In this document: positions 61,218 to 64,000 of the stretch, piece by piece
Position numbering within the stretch: the first letter of the stretch is position 1
How the letters are laid out: each line of letters starts with the position of its first letter
NCBI GenBank assembly: GCA_030390025.1
Contig: CM059427.1
Location: 122,946,001-123,010,000 of the forward strand
Length of the DNA: 64,000 bases
Reading direction: 5' to 3'
Origin: Squalus acanthias
Lineage: Eukaryota
Program-made: the position numbers and the translations under genes
The notes under the pieces: model-generated
What the model was told of the DNA's origin: nothing
What the model saw: the letters and a program-made list of their open reading frames with translations, nothing else
Database searches by the model: none

Positions 61218-62603
61218 TAACTGGGGTGCGGGGGGTGGGGGGGTTGGGTCGGTGGGTTTACTGGGGTGCGGGGGGGGGTGTGGGGGGTTGGGTCGGTGGG
61301 TTTACTGGGGTGCGGGGTGTTGGGTCGGTGGGTTTACTGGGGTGCAGGGGGGGTGGGGTGCGGGGGGGAGTGGGGTGTTGGGTCGGTGGGTTTACTGGGG
61401 TGCAGGGGGGGTGGGGTGCGGGGGGGAGTGGGGTGTTGGGTCGGTGGGTTTACTGGGGTGCAGGGGGGGTGGGGTGCGGGGGGGAGTGGGGTGTTGGGTC
61501 GGTGGGTTTACTGGGGTGCGGGGGGGGTGTGGGGGGTTGGGTCGGTGGGTTTACTGGGGTGCGGGGGGGGTGTGGGGGGTTGGGTCGGTGGGTTTACTGG
61601 GGTGCGGGGGGGGTGTGGGGGGTTGGGTCGGTGGGTTTACTGGGGTGCGGGGTGTTGGGTCGGTGGGTTTACTGGGGTGCGGGGGGGGTGGGGTGTTGGG
61701 TCGGTGGGTTTACTGGGGTGCGGGGGGGGGGTGGGGTGTTGGGTCGGTGGGTTTACTGGGGTGCGGGGGGGGGTGGGGTGTTGGGTCGGTGGGTTTACTG
61801 GGGTGCAGGGGGGGGTGGGGTGTTGGGTCGGTGGGTTTACTGGGGTGCAGGGGGTGTGGGGTGCGGGGGGGGTGGGGTGTTGGGTCGGTGGGTTTACTGG
61901 GGTGCAGGGGGTGTGGGGTGCGGGGGGGGTGGGGTGTTGGGTCGGTGGGTTTACTGGGGTGCAGGGGGTGTGGGGTGCGGGGGGGTGGGGTGTTGGGTCG
62001 GTGGGTTTACTGGGGTGCAGGGGGTGTGGGGTGCGGGGGGGGTGGGGTGTTGGGTCGGTGGGTTTACTGGGGTGCAGGGGGTGTGGGGTGTGGGGGGGGT
62101 GGGGTGTTGGGTCGTGGTTACTGGGGTGCGGGGGTGGGGTGTTGGGTCGGTGAGTTTACTGGGTGCGGGGGGGTTGGGTCGGTGAGTTTACTGGGGTGCG
62201 GAGGGGGTGGGGTGTTGGGTCGGTGAGTTTACTGGGGTGCGGGGGGGTTGGGTCGGTGAGTTTACTGGGGTGCGGAGGGGGTGGGGTGTTGGGTCGGTGG
62301 GTTTTACTGGGGTGCGGGGGGGGGTTGGGTGTTGGGTCGGTGGGTTTACTGGGGTGCAGGGGGTGGGGGGGTTGGGTTGGTGGGTTTACTGGGGTGCAGG
62401 GGGGGTGGGGGTGGGGGTGTGGGGTGTTAGGTCGGTGGGTTTACTGGGGTGCGGGGGGGGTGGGGTGTTGGGTCGGTGGGTTTACTGGGGTGCAGGGGGG
62501 TGTTGGGTCGGTGGTTTACTGGGGTGCAGGGGGGGGGTTAGGTCGGTGGATTTACTGGGGTGCGGGGGGTGGGGGTGGGGGGTGTTGGGTCGGTGGGTTT
62601 ACT
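61218..62603 (+). repeat. G-rich minisatellite, variable unit of about 30-60 bp
   Basis: Core ttgggtcggtgggtttactggggtgc(g/a) plus variable G-runs, roughly 30-35 copies. Confidence 0.97.
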
Positions 62604-63199
62604 CGCCCCCAGTGAGAGGAATGGCAGTCAGGGAGAACCAAAGCATTGGGCAAAAAATTGTGTCTAGTTTACGTTGAAGTGCCCACTGGTAGAGACCCAC
62701 AATAGAGGGCGCGGCCGGGAAAACTCAGAACGAAAGCAGGCGAGACGATGAGTGCCTTTTTATTTCCCCCTCGCTCTCTGGGCCAGGGGTACGCTGCAGA
62801 GTTGGTGGAGGTATGTTCGAGGAGAGTGCATGGTTCTCACTGAGTTCCTGATGGCTCCATTGCTCTGTGTTGGATCAGTGGGGCAGCAGCAGGGGCACTA
62901 GAATTGGCATCAACGGCCCCTGAGTAGGGAACTCTCTATCCGTTGACTCATTAAATGCTTGTGAATGCCCGGTGAGGACAGGACTGGACTTGGCTCTGGT
63001 GCCCTACAAAGTCACACTCAGTACCTTACGTTTATTTTCTTCAAGAACGAATCTAGCGGTGCCAGTTCCCAGTGCACTACTTTTGCATAGCCAGTAGCTG
63101 CACCACATTCACTAAGGCTGGATGACCCGGTTAAATCAAATGTTCCAGGCAGTCGGCCCTACCAAGTTCGGCAAGTTTACTCTGGGATGGCTACCTCAT

Positions 63200-63730
63200 C
63201 CTACTCCTGGTCGCTGTGCGGAGACCACTGCTGGAGAGAGAAGAGCGCGAGTGAGGGAGAGGACAGGATTGGGCTCAGCTTAGATCCTCTGAGATCTCTG
63301 CGCTCCTCCAATTCTGGCCTCTTGCGCATCCCCGATTTTAATTGCTCCATCATTGGTGGCCGTTCCTTCAGCTGCCAAGGCCCTAAGCTCTGGAATTCCC
63401 TCCCTAAACCTCTCCGCCTCTTTTACCTCCTTTAAGAAGCTCCTTAAAACCTAACTCTTTGATCAAGCTGTTGGTCACCTGTCCTAATATCTCCTTGTGT
63501 GGCTCAGTGTCAAAGTTTGTCTGATAACGCTCCTGTAGAAGCACCTTGATATGGTTTACTACGTTAAAGGTGCTATATAAATGCAAGTAGTTGTTGTTGT
63601 GGATGCCCCCCACAGCCGAATAGCCTTATGGGCTCACAAGTGACGAATGACCAAGTGAGGTACCTGACTTCCATTGAACTGTACCCCCAGCGAGAGAGAG
63701 CCTCCTTCAGGAGACCAGGGGGTGAGAAGA
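63200..63730 (+). mobile_element. SINE B remnant split by an L2 insertion
   Basis: gaggacaggattgggctcagct | L2 | ggatgccccccacagccgaatagcc; the two flanks are contiguous in other B copies. Confidence 0.65.
63285..63600 (+). mobile_element. L2-clade LINE 3' end
   Basis: LRSLRSSNSGLLRIP...IGGRSFSCQGPKLWNSLP; tail ggtgctatataaatgcaagtag(ttg)n. Confidence 0.88.
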
Positions 63731-64000
63731 AAAGCGTTAAAACTCGATAAAACATACATTACTTTTGACGTGACTGCATATTTAAATATTATAAAGGCAG
63801 GGTTGCTGTTACAAGTTAATGTTTACCAGTTTTCTAATGGATCAAACTATAACAGAGGTGAGGAGGCTCAGATATAAATGATCGTTTTTTTTCACAATTT
63901 AGAGCATGTTTTCAAATTTTGTTTTTACACTTAGAATAGCAACCCAGCAAATTAATCAAACTCATAAATCATACCCTACTTTTGCATTAATTAAGCATTA

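Noticed and set aside
61202-62677. Gly/Val/Trp-rich ORFs of 150-327 aa
   Set aside because: All three frames are open because the G-rich repeat lacks stop codons; this is a repeat artefact.

Overview
Repeat-dominated, apparently non-coding vertebrate DNA, probably intronic or intergenic. The mix of repeat families suggests a cartilaginous fish (shark); this is an inference. I can support no intact protein-coding gene, rRNA, tRNA gene or CRISPR array. The listed ORFs are short chance frames, frames through tandem repeats, or fragments of LINE reverse transcriptase C-termini. Contents: (i) about 10 copies of a tRNA-headed DeuSINE-type SINE (family A); (ii) more than 20 copies of a second tRNA-headed SINE that I cannot name (family B); (iii) one SINE whose tail is shared with a LINE (family C); (iv) CR1 and L2 3' ends, often nested; (v) palindromic MITE-like elements, including a CpG-rich one with a 3-bp duplication; (vi) five long minisatellites (25, 22, 77 and 55 bp units, plus a G-rich one), two of them apparently derived from SINE B. 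The most interesting signal is a set of tiny Penelope-like insertions with 12-14 bp target-site duplications. One is a near-perfect palindrome with 92-bp arms, carrying a minimal hammerhead-ribozyme motif on each strand. Its siblings show progressive collapse of that hairpin, and one has its centre filled by 17 nt that recur about 470 bp downstream. Boundaries of old repeats are approximate (about 20 bp either way). All family names come from recognition by eye, not from database searches.
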